Assembly (NCBI GenBank): GCA_027491395.1
Contig: JAOZFI010000043.1
Coordinates: 32,001 to 96,000, forward strand
Origin: Thermoproteota archaeon
GTDB taxonomy: Archaea; Korarchaeota; Korarchaeia; Korarchaeales; Korarchaeaceae
Direction: 5' to 3'
DNA length: 64,000 bases
A program made the translations under genes and the position numbers. Positions 9,748 through 18,646 of this stretch are shown here, in pieces (the stretch's first letter is position 1; each line of letters opens with the position of its first letter). The notes beneath the pieces were generated by a model. That model was given only the letters and a program-made list of their open reading frames with translations. It ran no database searches and was not told the DNA's origin.

Positions 9748-9913
9748 CCTGCTTCACCATCTTGTAATGCTTCCTGCATAGGGGGATCTTCTTCCCCACA
9801 TCATCCTTCAGCTTCAACTTCAACTCTTGGATGAAGGGGAGGAACGATCTATCTACCTCCTTCGAGGCCGGTTCGTTACAACCTTCTATTGCGCACACCT
9901 TTTCACCCCTCAA
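9719..9913 (-). CDS. small putative Zn-binding protein
   Basis: CxxxxC...LCRKHYK; strong GGAGGTG SD upstream of the TTG. Confidence 0.65.
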   Translation of the reverse strand: MRGEKVCAIEGCNEPASKEVDRSFLPFIQELKLKLKDDVGKKIPLCRKHYKMVKQVRDAQLSGF

Positions 9914-9931
9914 ACCGAAGCACCTCCCTCA

Positions 9932-10009
9932 TGGCGGGCCCGGGGGGACTCGAACCCCCGACCTCCGGCTCCGGAGGCCGGCGCTCTATCCATGCTGAGC
10001 TACGGGCCC
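9932..10009 (-). tRNA. tRNA-Arg(CCG)
   Basis: GGGCCCG/CGGGCCC-GCCA, loop CTCCGGA. Confidence 0.95.
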
Positions 10010-10059
10010 GGAGATTAATAGCCCGAATCCGATATAAAATCGATGTAGGAGCGTAGGGA

Positions 10060-10224
10060 TCAATCCTTCTTCTTGAACTCAGTATAGCCGCATTTACCGC
10101 AGGTGTACCTGTCCTTATGCTCGGCCATGAAGGAGCCGCATCTCGGACACACCCTCTTTTTTCTGACTAGCTTGTTCCCCTCAATGGAATAATACTTCCA
10201 CACTTGAACTGGCTTGTGCTTCAT
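10060..10224 (-). CDS. rps27ae: 30S ribosomal protein S27ae (not in ORF track)
   Basis: Hand translation: [54 protein letters not shown]; ATG overlaps the S24e stop. Confidence 0.95.
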   Translation of the reverse strand: MKHKPVQVWKYYSIEGNKLVRKKRVCPRCGSFMAEHKDRYTCGKCGYTEFKKKD

Positions 10225-10517
10225 GAGGATGCACCCTCCCCCTCTCCCTCATTCCTCTTTATTATGTGGTCTGGCTCCATAAGCAGGGCAAAACCCCTGC
10301 TGCTATAGGCCATTGCCACGACCTCGGCCTCCTCCTTCCCATACTCAGTGATAATCCTCCTGATGAAGAGGTTCCCGACGGGTTTTCCGAGCTCCTTAGC
10401 TAAGGACTCTCTTATCTCTTTCCTAGATGGAGTGCCGCCCTCAAACCGCACCCTAGCGATGACCTCTTCCCTCTGCAGCAGCGGGTTTTCCCTGCGCCTG
10501 ATGATCTCCAACTCCAT
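10221..10517 (-). CDS. rps24e: 30S ribosomal protein S24e
   Basis: [16 protein letters not shown] motifs. Confidence 0.95.
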   Translation of the reverse strand: MELEIIRRRENPLLQREEVIARVRFEGGTPSRKEIRESLAKELGKPVGNLFIRRIITEYGKEEAEVVAMAYSSRGFALLMEPDHIIKRNEGEGEGASS

Positions 10518-10564
10518 TTTCGCCTCCCGTTTTGCGTTTACCCCTCCAATATATAACCTCTACC

Positions 10565-10753
10565 TCACCATACCCTCAGGGCGTACATACCTACCTTCTC
10601 GTGTCCGAGCATCTTGGCGAGCTGGGAGCGTAGAGGGTCTGTGATGGCAACTATGCCCTCCCAGTTGTAGGTTAAGTCATCAGATCCACATAAAGGACAC
10701 TTGTTCTCGGTGGTGAGAGCCTTACAATTCCTGCAGGCCTTCCATTTAGCCAT
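10565..10753 (-). CDS. spt4: transcription elongation factor Spt4 (RpoE'')
   Basis: ACRNC...CPLCGS..T.NW.G...S.LAK..G.YAL.V. Confidence 0.95.
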   Translation of the reverse strand: MAKWKACRNCKALTTENKCPLCGSDDLTYNWEGIVAITDPLRSQLAKMLGHEKVGMYALRVW

Positions 10754-10761
10754 AAGATCAC

Positions 10762-11334
10762 CTATTCACGAGCCCCCTTCTCTTTTTCCTTCTCCTCTAT
10801 CTTTCCGAGCTTCGGCTGTCTCATCGTTAAGGAGACCCTGACTATGGGCTCTCCTCTGAGGAGGGCTGCGGGACTGGGCTTACTCACCGTAGTTATCCTA
10901 GCCCTGACCCTATCTCCCTTTCTGAAGGTGATCTTAGCCTTCTTACTCTGCAGAACTCCCGCTCTATGTATGAAGACATCATCGCCCAGCTGGGAGATGT
11001 GAACGAACCCGCTTATCGGACCTATAGAGACGAACATCCCGTAGTCCACGATGTTCTCTACCTCTCCCTCGACTATCTCGTCCTTGAGGGGGAGGTATGT
11101 TAATACTTTGAACTTCGCCCTGACGTATATGTTTGGACTGCCTATGATGGACTTACCGTGGCTCAATTCAGTGACCTCGAGCACATCCAGAACCAGACCC
11201 ACATCCCTGAGGTAGCGTCCTATGTACTTCGAGCCGAACTGCTCCCTCAGTATTGATCTAATATCCCCAGTTATATCAGCAGGCCTTATGAAACCTACAT
11301 CGCTCATCTCCGTTATATAAAACAATTCTTCCAT
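10762..11334 (-). CDS. rpoE: RNA polymerase subunit Rpo7 (E')
   Basis: EIVEGEV...YG.FV.IGP..G.VHISQ S1 domain, LTMRQP.LGK. Confidence 0.93.
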   Translation of the reverse strand: MEELFYITEMSDVGFIRPADITGDIRSILREQFGSKYIGRYLRDVGLVLDVLEVTELSHGKSIIGSPNIYVRAKFKVLTYLPLKDEIVEGEVENIVDYGMFVSIGPISGFVHISQLGDDVFIHRAGVLQSKKAKITFRKGDRVRARITTVSKPSPAALLRGEPIVRVSLTMRQPKLGKIEEKEKEKGARE

Positions 11335-11372
11335 TCCCCCGCTGGCCCCGAGAGGTCTTACCTCTCCAGAGA

Positions 11373-11771
11373 TCAGCTTTCCTTACTTAACCTTAACGGA
11401 TCATCAAGCACCAGTTTCTTCCCTGCTCTGAGGTAGATCACTGGAATGCCCTCTCTCAACAGCCTCTCCTTCAACTTAAGATCGAAGGTGACCACAACAG
11501 CTCCCAGCTCCTTAGCCAGCGCAATTAGATCTTCGTCAGCCTCTCCGCGATATTTTTCATCTACAATGATGCCATGCCTCTCTATTACCTGCAGGGCAAC
11601 ACTAGCGGAAACCCTCCTCCCTCCTCCAAGAAAACTCTCAAGTTCCTTAACCACGGATTTTGTGGTAATTAATTTTGCATTTGGATAGAACTTCCTCAGA
11701 TCGCTCAGGCTCAGAAATCTGAGCTCTGTCAAGGCCATCAAGAAGGAGGTGTCCAAGACAATATACCTCAA
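11373..11771 (-). CDS. PIN-domain nuclease (Fcf1/Utp24-like)
   Basis: VLDTSFL, V..EL, ADEDL, T.D..LK acidic PIN motifs; TTG 11771 after GGTGA SD; the upstream ORF part is tRNA. Confidence 0.85.
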   Translation of the reverse strand: MRYIVLDTSFLMALTELRFLSLSDLRKFYPNAKLITTKSVVKELESFLGGGRRVSASVALQVIERHGIIVDEKYRGEADEDLIALAKELGAVVVTFDLKLKERLLREGIPVIYLRAGKKLVLDDPLRLSKES

Positions 11772-11785
11772 ATCGATCACCCTAG

Positions 11786-11860
11786 TGGGCCCGGGGGGAC
11801 TTGAACCCCCGACCTCCCGGTTATCAGCCGGGCGCTCTGACCAGTCTGAGCCACGGGCCC
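11786..11860 (-). tRNA. tRNA-Ile(GAT)
   Basis: GGGCCCG/CGGGCCC-A, loop CTGATAA. Confidence 0.95.
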
Positions 11861-11862
11861 AG

Positions 11863-11936
11863 TGGACCGGGGGGGACTTGAACCCCCGACCTCCGCCTTG
11901 CGAAGGCGGCGCGCTACCAACCTGCGCCACCGGCCC
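11863..11936 (-). tRNA. tRNA-Ala(CGC)
   Basis: G3:U70 acceptor, loop TTCGCAA. Confidence 0.95.
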
Positions 11937-11982
11937 AATGACCAACTACCCACTCCCTAAATAAAATTTTACAGTCAGAGGG

Positions 11983-13224
11983 TCAGTATTCCCTCAATTC
12001 ATATCGGAGAACAGCTGCCACGCCGCCCAGAGCTTTGAGCTGCGTACCCCATTCAGTACCCGATGAGATCACGTAGATCTCAGCACCGCTCTGCTTTCCC
12101 ATCTCTCCCAAGTGCTCTATTATATCAACCTCCTCCACCTCGTATACTGTTCCCCCGCAATTCGGGCACTGCCAGCCGGATAGAGAAGCCTCCCTGTCCT
12201 TCCTGATGATCCTCTGCTCCTCGTAGCCACACTGCGAGCACCTAATTTTCACTTTCTTCACAGGTATGTCCTCCAGCACTAGCACCTTCTCGGCAGCCCC
12301 GGCTTCCAGCGCTCTCTCTACCTCACTTATCCCGTAAGCCACTTTACCTGGCTCCTTGGCCAAGAGTCGAAAGACCTCCTCCACCAAGGCCTTCTCCTTG
12401 TAGAGGGAGGACTCTTTCAGGAGATCCTCCGCCTTCATCACTAACTCCCTGACTCCCTGCTCCTCGGTGTAGGACAGAGGTATGTTCGCGATCACCTTCT
12501 TCTGCAATCTGTAATCCAAGAAGTTACCCTCCTCGAATTTCTCTCTAGCATCTCCCGGCCCCCCAATTATTATTCCCTCTAGCTCATCCTCCAACGGCAG
12601 GAGAGCCTCGTTAGCCCTCTTCCCCAGCCTCTTGAAGAAGTCGTGCACCCTCTCCTCTCTTATCCTCTCGAACCTCCTCTGGGACTGTCCTCCAGCGCTG
12701 TGCTTTGGAGGTATGTCCGAGGTGACCCAGTCCACTATCTTGTAGTTGGGACCCCTAAGTACGGCTATGACGCCACCCCCCCTGTCCATAACTATGAGGC
12801 CGTAGGCCTTCTTCTCCTTAGCCATCTCCTCTAGGGGTTCCACGTAGAACTCGTGATCGCATATGTACTGGAAGGATCTGACGGGTTCTGGTGGTTCTAT
12901 CACGTAGATCTCTATCTTCTCAGTCCCTCTATCTTTACCCTGAGGTATCGCCCCACAGAAGACGACCAGTCCGTGCTCAGGTACCTTTCGGTACAGTTTA
13001 AGCCTCTGTATTATGCTCTCTATAGCGCTCTGGACATTTTTCCTAGTTAGCTTGTCCTTGATATTGCTCGCTTGATCGTACTCATCCCTCAAGTACTTTA
13101 TAACGTCATAAACATTTCTCCCGGGTGGGATATATAGGGAAATAAGCTCAGTGCCTCTACCTCTCTTATCCTTCAGCTCTTTTATCAGCTTCTTGAACTC
13201 ATAGCGCTCGTAGGTTAGGGACAA
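11983..13224 (-). CDS. prf1: peptide chain release factor aRF1
   Basis: GTELISLYIP, NIKD, YICD, AGGQS motifs, C-terminal Zn ribbon; TTG 13224 after GGTGA SD. Confidence 0.95.
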   Translation of the reverse strand: MSLTYERYEFKKLIKELKDKRGRGTELISLYIPPGRNVYDVIKYLRDEYDQASNIKDKLTRKNVQSAIESIIQRLKLYRKVPEHGLVVFCGAIPQGKDRGTEKIEIYVIEPPEPVRSFQYICDHEFYVEPLEEMAKEKKAYGLIVMDRGGGVIAVLRGPNYKIVDWVTSDIPPKHSAGGQSQRRFERIREERVHDFFKRLGKRANEALLPLEDELEGIIIGGPGDAREKFEEGNFLDYRLQKKVIANIPLSYTEEQGVRELVMKAEDLLKESSLYKEKALVEEVFRLLAKEPGKVAYGISEVERALEAGAAEKVLVLEDIPVKKVKIRCSQCGYEEQRIIRKDREASLSGWQCPNCGGTVYEVEEVDIIEHLGEMGKQSGAEIYVISSGTEWGTQLKALGGVAAVLRYELREY

Positions 13225-13285
13225 AGTTTTCACCCTTACGAGAGGTGGAATGGCATCCGACTTAAAAAACTCCATTAGGTGTAGC

Positions 13286-14515
13286 ATGGTGCCTATGATC
13301 CAAGTTGTGCTGTTCGAGGACACGCGGGTTAGTGAAATCTCCCCCCTGACCGACCTCACACTGATGCAGGAGATCGTAGTTGGTGGGGTTAAGCAGTTCG
13401 AGAGGATGGATAAGTGGCTAGGTACTCGAACGAGATGGCTCGTGAGGGATGGCTACGAGGAGAAGGTCCCTAAGGATAGAAAACCCGATTTCGGAGATCC
13501 TGCTCTACTGCTGAATTCCCGTCTGATATCGCCTGAGGTCCTGTCCAAAGTCAGGGGGTTGGAACCCGGTGAAGCGTTGGTGAGTAAGGGGCAGGTGGTC
13601 GCCGCTAGAGTCAGCTCCCTAGATTACGATGACAGTCTCATGATCTTTAGAGGGGACGCGGGGACATTCAAGGCGAGGCCATGCGATGCCCACCTGCTCA
13701 CCTCGCCTTGGGACGTCTCCCCGACATCGTTAATCACTCACCTATCCAAGGACCTGATGGATTTCTTCAAACCACCCACTAACAGGAAGTTCGGAGAAAT
13801 CAAGGTGCTGGGGAACTATCCTGTTGATCTGCCTGAGGAACTACAAATTCTTGGGCCTGTAACGATAGATGCTAGGGAGGGACCTGTAGTCATTGGTGAG
13901 GGTGTTCAGATTGAGCCGTACGCTTATCTCAAAGGGCCACTCTACGTAGGCCCGAACACTGTCATAGTTACCGGCTCTAGGGTTGCTGGGAGCTACATAG
14001 GGGTGCAAGGGAGGATAGGAGGAGAGGTGACCACTAGCATAGTTTCGGACTACTCGAACAAGTACCACTTGGGATTCTTGGGGCACAGCTACGTAGGCAG
14101 GTGGGTGAACATAGGAGCTGGATCCATAACTTCCAACTTGAAGAATACTTACGGCGAGATCAAGGTGGGGGGAGTTCTAACAGGCCTCAATAAAGTGGGT
14201 GCGTTCATAGGGGATCATGCTAAGCTCTCTATAGGGACATTGACGTATGCAGGAGTCAGGATCGGTCCTGCATCGCATCTACACGGTCTAGTGCATGAGG
14301 ACGTACCTCCGTTCACCATTTACGCTAGGAGCCTCGGATGGGGTCTCTACGAACTGGATCCAGAGTCGGCCATCAGGACCTACAGGAGAATGGCTCCACG
14401 CAGGGGCGTGGACCCTGACCCGGTCGAGGAGCAGCTCCTCAGGAAGCTCTTCTACGAAACAGAACATCTTAGAAGGGGCAAGGGAGTGAAGAAGGGAAGA
14501 CTTGTAGTGAGGTAG
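13286..14515 (+). CDS. GlmU-like sugar nucleotidyltransferase/acetyltransferase (N-terminal NTP_transf_4-like domain plus left-handed beta helix)
   Basis: LFED...PLT N-terminus, hexapeptide repeats, NKYHLGFLGHSYVG.WVNIGAG..TSNLKNTYG; start approximate. Confidence 0.8.
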   Translation: MVPMIQVVLFEDTRVSEISPLTDLTLMQEIVVGGVKQFERMDKWLGTRTRWLVRDGYEEKVPKDRKPDFGDPALLLNSRLISPEVLSKVRGLEPGEALVSKGQVVAARVSSLDYDDSLMIFRGDAGTFKARPCDAHLLTSPWDVSPTSLITHLSKDLMDFFKPPTNRKFGEIKVLGNYPVDLPEELQILGPVTIDAREGPVVIGEGVQIEPYAYLKGPLYVGPNTVIVTGSRVAGSYIGVQGRIGGEVTTSIVSDYSNKYHLGFLGHSYVGRWVNIGAGSITSNLKNTYGEIKVGGVLTGLNKVGAFIGDHAKLSIGTLTYAGVRIGPASHLHGLVHEDVPPFTIYARSLGWGLYELDPESAIRTYRRMAPRRGVDPDPVEEQLLRKLFYETEHLRRGKGVKKGRLVVR

Positions 14516-14587
14516 AGCCGGGTGGGGGATTCGAACCCCCGTCCACGGGTCTGCAGCCCGCTGCCTGAACCGCTCGGCCAACCCGGC
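14516..14587 (-). tRNA. tRNA-Cys(GCA)
   Basis: GCCGGGT/ACCCGGC-T, loop CTGCAGA, U73. Confidence 0.95.
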
Positions 14588-14637
14588 CCATCATTGTATG
14601 GGGAGACCACCGTAATAAGTTTTGTTCCGAGTCAAAG

Positions 14638-14645
14638 TTATAAAT
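14638..14645 (+). promoter_or_regulatory. TATA box for tRNA-Arg/tRNA-Gly pair
   Basis: TTATAAAT preceded by purine-rich AAAG, about 30 nt before the tRNA. Confidence 0.5.
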
Positions 14646-14669
14646 GGGTTGACCCACAACTACTGAGTG

Positions 14670-14747
14670 GGGCCCGTAGCTCAGCAAGGATAGAGCGGCG
14701 GCCTCCTAAGCCGCAGGTCGGGGGTTCGAGTCCCCCCGGGCCCGCCA
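14670..14747 (+). tRNA. tRNA-Arg(CCT)
   Basis: GGGCCCG/CGGGCCC-GCCA, loop CTCCTAA. Confidence 0.95.
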
Positions 14748-14750
14748 TGT

Positions 14751-14827
14751 GCGGCCGTAGTCTAGCCTGGATAGGATGCCGGCCCCCCAAGCCGGCGACC
14801 CGGGTTCAAATCCCGGCGGCCGCACCA
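14751..14827 (+). tRNA. tRNA-Gly(CCC), with C at position 33
   Basis: GCGGCCG/CGGCCGC-ACCA, stem CCGGC/GCCGG, loop CCCCCAA. Confidence 0.92.
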
Positions 14828-14955
14828 CTTTGGACTGCTTATGGGACGATATGAGGATTCCAGCTTGAAACGCTCATCTAAATGGATCAATCTGGTTTAG
14901 GATCGATAGTATCTCAGTGGACTAGCTACCAGAGTAACATTGAATGTAGCTTGAC

Positions 14956-15045
14956 TGGTGCGGGGGGTGGGATTCGAACCCACGCGGGCCTGCTGCCCAC
15001 CAGCTCCTAAGGCTGGCGCCTTGGACCTATCTCGGCCACCCCCGC
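14956..15045 (-). tRNA. tRNA-Leu(TAG)
   Basis: GCGGGGG/CCCCCGC-ACCA, loop CTTAGGA, long variable arm. Confidence 0.95.
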
Positions 15046-15097
15046 CCGCTCTCTATCTGAGTGTCAAGGGTATTTAACTATATTCTCCGCCCGAGAA

Positions 15098-16084
15098 CTA
15101 ACTGAGTATACTCCTCATAAGTCTGGGTATTTCTTGCGGATCTCTCAATTCATGGAACTTGCCGTTACCCAGTCTAGCTAGGTCTTTGCAGAACTTGGCC
15201 CCTCTGCTGGAAGATCTTCTCCCTACATAAACCACATGCAATCCCCTCATACGGGATACCACCTTTCTCGGATCCTCCCCCACGTTGTACTCCCCATCGG
15301 TCAGCAATATGAACCTCGGATTCACCAGACTCTTGGACTCCTCTAGAGCCTTGATTAAGCCGTCAGCTATATTGGTGTAGCCTAGGGGCACCAAGTCCAG
15401 TATATCCTCCACGACCTCGATGGACCCCTTGCTCTCATTCACATGCTTGATCGGAAAGGCCTCAGTGTTGAATCCAATAACGGAATACTTACCTCCCCTG
15501 ATCTTGTGAGATATCAGCGCGGCCATGGTGGCGGCGCTCAGTATCTTCCTGCCGGACATGGAACCACTGGAATCTATTATGACGACAGCAGAGCACTCAC
15601 TTCTCCTCTTATCTAAACCCACGATGTCGCTGTAATTCAACTCATCGATCTTCTTTCCCCTCTCAATTAGCTCTTCGATGGTCCTCTCAACATCGAAATC
15701 CATTCCTACCTCGTAGGATGCCTCTGATCTCCTGTCCTCCTCCAAATTACCCCTCCCCCCCTTCACAACTAAGTTCACCACGGCCTTTGCTACCAGCCGT
15801 CTGAACATCCTCCTAGCCCTCTCGTTGAGCCTCCATCTGACCTGCCTGTACAGCCTGACGGCGGCCTCAGGATCTCTCTCTAGGGAAGAGACCATCTTTG
15901 GAGTGAAATTGCCCTTGGATATGGCCTTAGCCACCACTATCTGGCTGTAGTTGGATATCCTTAACAATCCTTGGAGATCTCCCTTCATTAGGTAGTACTC
16001 CGCAGCTTTCCTCAACACCTCGTAATCGCTTGCTAGAGGTTCTCTAAGTCCTGGTATGTTTCTTACTTGGGAATAATCCGTCAT
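15098..16084 (-). CDS. VWA-domain protein (MoxR partner, CoxE-like)
   Basis: MIDAS DSSGSMS, G.TNIA.GL, LLTDG. Confidence 0.88.
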   Translation of the reverse strand: MTDYSQVRNIPGLREPLASDYEVLRKAAEYYLMKGDLQGLLRISNYSQIVVAKAISKGNFTPKMVSSLERDPEAAVRLYRQVRWRLNERARRMFRRLVAKAVVNLVVKGGRGNLEEDRRSEASYEVGMDFDVERTIEELIERGKKIDELNYSDIVGLDKRRSECSAVVIIDSSGSMSGRKILSAATMAALISHKIRGGKYSVIGFNTEAFPIKHVNESKGSIEVVEDILDLVPLGYTNIADGLIKALEESKSLVNPRFILLTDGEYNVGEDPRKVVSRMRGLHVVYVGRRSSSRGAKFCKDLARLGNGKFHELRDPQEIPRLMRSILS

Positions 16085-16092
16085 CGGAGCCT

Positions 16093-16983
16093 TTAACGGC
16101 TCCTCAATTCGAGAAAACCCTCTCCCCCTCCAAGTACTGATCTAACGATGTCCCTTATCAGGGACTCCTTGCTGGCAGCTGTGTCCCTGAGCTCTATCCT
16201 CTGAGGCAGGACCATGAGGGCGGCATTGTACCAGCGCTCCCCGTCACCCCTCAGCATCAGCGCTATCTTCGCCAAGTCTATGGACGATCTTATTGACCCG
16301 CCTCTCAGGATGTTCGGATGCTCTCTGGTGCTCCTCACGATATCCACGCTGATCTCGGCGGTTTCATCATCGATATCGGGCACATGCCTCCTGACTATCT
16401 CCACCTCCTCCTCCCTTCTAGGATATCCCAGCTTAACGAGAACGAACCTGTCCTTCAAGGCCTCAGACAACCTGAGCACGCCGACGTCCTCCTCCGGATT
16501 CTGTGTGGCTATTATGAGGAACCCTTTCTTCGCTTTCAGGGTCCCTAAGTGGGGTATGTGAATGAGACCCTCATCCATGACGGGGAGAAGCGCGTTCTGA
16601 GCCGATTCTGGGAGTCTGTTTAACTCGTTTATGAAGAGGACAGAGCCGCTGGTCGCAGCCCTGGTGAGGGGCCCGGGAACGAAGGCCTCCTCGACATATC
16701 CCTTCTTCAACACCATAGGAGGATCCCAATATCCGATCAGCTTCGTCTCGTTAAGTCTCTCATCACCATCTACCCTCACGAAGTCCCTCGAGAGGTATTC
16801 TGCTATCGATCTGGCGAGGAGCGTCTTGCCAACACCAACCGGTCCCTCCAAAAGTATGTGTCTGCCGCTTTTGACCGCGATCAGCATCTTGAGTAGCTCC
16901 TCTCGTCTTCCCACTATGCCGTATCGCTGACCTATCTCCTCCACCTCATCCAGCAGTCCCTTTACCAGCATCTCCCCTATCAT
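16093..16983 (-). CDS. MoxR-family AAA+ ATPase
   Basis: GPVGVGKT Walker A, FINELNR, ATQNP, LSEALKDRF; start ATG 16983 inferred. Confidence 0.92.
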   Translation of the reverse strand: MIGEMLVKGLLDEVEEIGQRYGIVGRREELLKMLIAVKSGRHILLEGPVGVGKTLLARSIAEYLSRDFVRVDGDERLNETKLIGYWDPPMVLKKGYVEEAFVPGPLTRAATSGSVLFINELNRLPESAQNALLPVMDEGLIHIPHLGTLKAKKGFLIIATQNPEEDVGVLRLSEALKDRFVLVKLGYPRREEEVEIVRRHVPDIDDETAEISVDIVRSTREHPNILRGGSIRSSIDLAKIALMLRGDGERWYNAALMVLPQRIELRDTAASKESLIRDIVRSVLGGGEGFLELRSR

Positions 16984-17082
16984 GCATATCTGTCCAACGT
17001 CGAATATTAAGTTGAGCCGGAGCGCTGCCCTCTTTAGTAACAAAATAAACCATATCCTAATATAACTGGATATAATATCAAA

Positions 17083-17658
17083 TTACTTCAACCAACTATC
17101 AATAAATTTGCTTACTATGGAGAATACCTCGCTGGCATTTAACCTCGTGGTGTCTAATACGAGATGGAAGGGAGTGAGGTCTTTGCCGAGCTCAAAGCCG
17201 TAGATCCTCTTATATATGCGATAAGTCTCCTCCTCTTTCAATTTTATTCCCTTTATCGCCTCATCAAAGCTTATCCTATCCCTTCTAGCTACTCTGAGAG
17301 CCCTAACTTCCAGATCTGCTTTCAGGAAGATCTTGATACAGTCCTCGGAGTCCAAGAGGTAGGCCATGGTCCAAGAGTCTAGTACGTAGCCCCCTTCAGA
17401 GGCTAAGGACATGAGCCTCTTGTCCACTTCCATGTCCAGCTCCGGATTGGACATCCTCTCGGCCATCGCCCTGCCGGCTTCCTCCCTTTCCCACCAGCCC
17501 GGATCCTTCAAGCTCTCTTTACCCCCTATTATCTCCTTCAGTATATCTCCGCCGGATACCCTCTTCAATCCGTACCTCTCAACCAACCTCCTAGCTAGTG
17601 TGCTCTTGCCGCTCCCAGTGAGACCCGATAGGCACACATTGAACCTCTTCCTTCCCAA
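17083..17658 (-). CDS. cmk: archaeal cytidylate kinase
   Basis: SGLTGSGKST, SGG, D..VD, R..R...RD, Y..IYG. Confidence 0.85.
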   Translation of the reverse strand: MGRKRFNVCLSGLTGSGKSTLARRLVERYGLKRVSGGDILKEIIGGKESLKDPGWWEREEAGRAMAERMSNPELDMEVDKRLMSLASEGGYVLDSWTMAYLLDSEDCIKIFLKADLEVRALRVARRDRISFDEAIKGIKLKEEETYRIYKRIYGFELGKDLTPFHLVLDTTRLNASEVFSIVSKFIDSWLK

Positions 17659-17668
17659 TCGATCACCC

Positions 17669-18646
17669 TCAGATGTCGGTCAGTGGCCACTCTATCTCAT
17701 CTATCCTCCACTGGGGTTTTATGGAAGACTCCTCAATGGGTTCGGGTCCCCTTATCCTATAAGAGAGTATCGCGGTCCAGGCTATCATGGCCCCGTTGTC
17801 CCTCACGAGCTCCACGGGAGGGACCTTGAGCTCAGCACCCCTCTCGCGGCACATGACCTCCGCTTTCTCCTTCAATCTAGGGGAGGCAGCGACCCCTCCG
17901 ACCAATAGGAGTTCGTCTTTACCGCTCAGGGCCAAGGCCCTCTCAGCCACCTCTATCGTCATGGAGAAGGCCACTTCCATGAAACTCCAGACGACATCCT
18001 CGACCCTCTCTCCCGACTTTATTCTCCTCAATGCCTCGGTGAGGAGGCCGCTGAACGACAGGTCCATCCCTTTCACGGTGTAGGGGAGCTCCACCCACGT
18101 ACCAACCATTCTATCCAATTTCGGTCCGGCCGGAAAGGGAAGACCTATCTCTCTGCCCAATTTGTCCTGAGCATTACCCAAGCCCACATCTAGGGTCTCT
18201 CCTAGGACCACATACCTCCTGCCGTTGTGGGTGATCACTTGGGTGTTGCCACCGGAAATGTAGAGCACGACGGGATCATAACTCTTAGTGATCTTCCTGC
18301 CTATCTCCACGTGGGCCAAGGGATGGTTGACACCCACTAAGGGCTTCCCATATCTCAGTGCCAGTGATCTAGATATGAAGGCTCCTATTAACAGGGCCTG
18401 TCCTATTCCAGGTCCCCGAGAATAACCGATGATGGAGATGTCAGAGAGGGTCAGGCCAGCTCGATCCAAGGCATCCTTTATCACCTTCACCGCGGTGTTG
18501 AAATGATGTTCAGCTAACTCATGGGGCCTCATGCCCCCCTCCGGAGACTTGTAGGAGTCCCACACGTTGGCGAGTATCTCGCCCTCTGAGGTTACGATCC
18601 CCACCCCGAAGGTGTGGGCCGTCGACTCTATACCTAGTGAGATCAC
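17669..18646 (-). CDS. kae1: tRNA t6A threonylcarbamoyltransferase Kae1
   Basis: LGIESTAHTFG, SRGPG, VNHPLAH, SGGNTQ, GETLD, DNGAMIA; not fused to Bud32. Confidence 0.95.
   Translation of the reverse strand: MISLGIESTAHTFGVGIVTSEGEILANVWDSYKSPEGGMRPHELAEHHFNTAVKVIKDALDRAGLTLSDISIIGYSRGPGIGQALLIGAFISRSLALRYGKPLVGVNHPLAHVEIGRKITKSYDPVVLYISGGNTQVITHNGRRYVVLGETLDVGLGNAQDKLGREIGLPFPAGPKLDRMVGTWVELPYTVKGMDLSFSGLLTEALRRIKSGERVEDVVWSFMEVAFSMTIEVAERALALSGKDELLLVGGVAASPRLKEKAEVMCRERGAELKVPPVELVRDNGAMIAWTAILSYRIRGPEPIEESSIKPQWRIDEIEWPLTDI

Noticed and set aside
13051-13070. aRF1 NIKD instead of NIKS, as a hint of altered stop-codon reading
   Set aside because: This position varies among archaeal aRF1s, and TAA, TAG and TGA all terminate conserved genes in this window
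14288-14854. Several short ORFs over the tRNA cluster
   Set aside because: Overlap tRNA-Cys/Arg/Gly and have no protein-like features
14828-14955. 128-bp spacer between convergent tRNAs with two weak inverted repeats
   Set aside because: Stems of only 5-6 bp; no recognisable RNA motif or credible ORF
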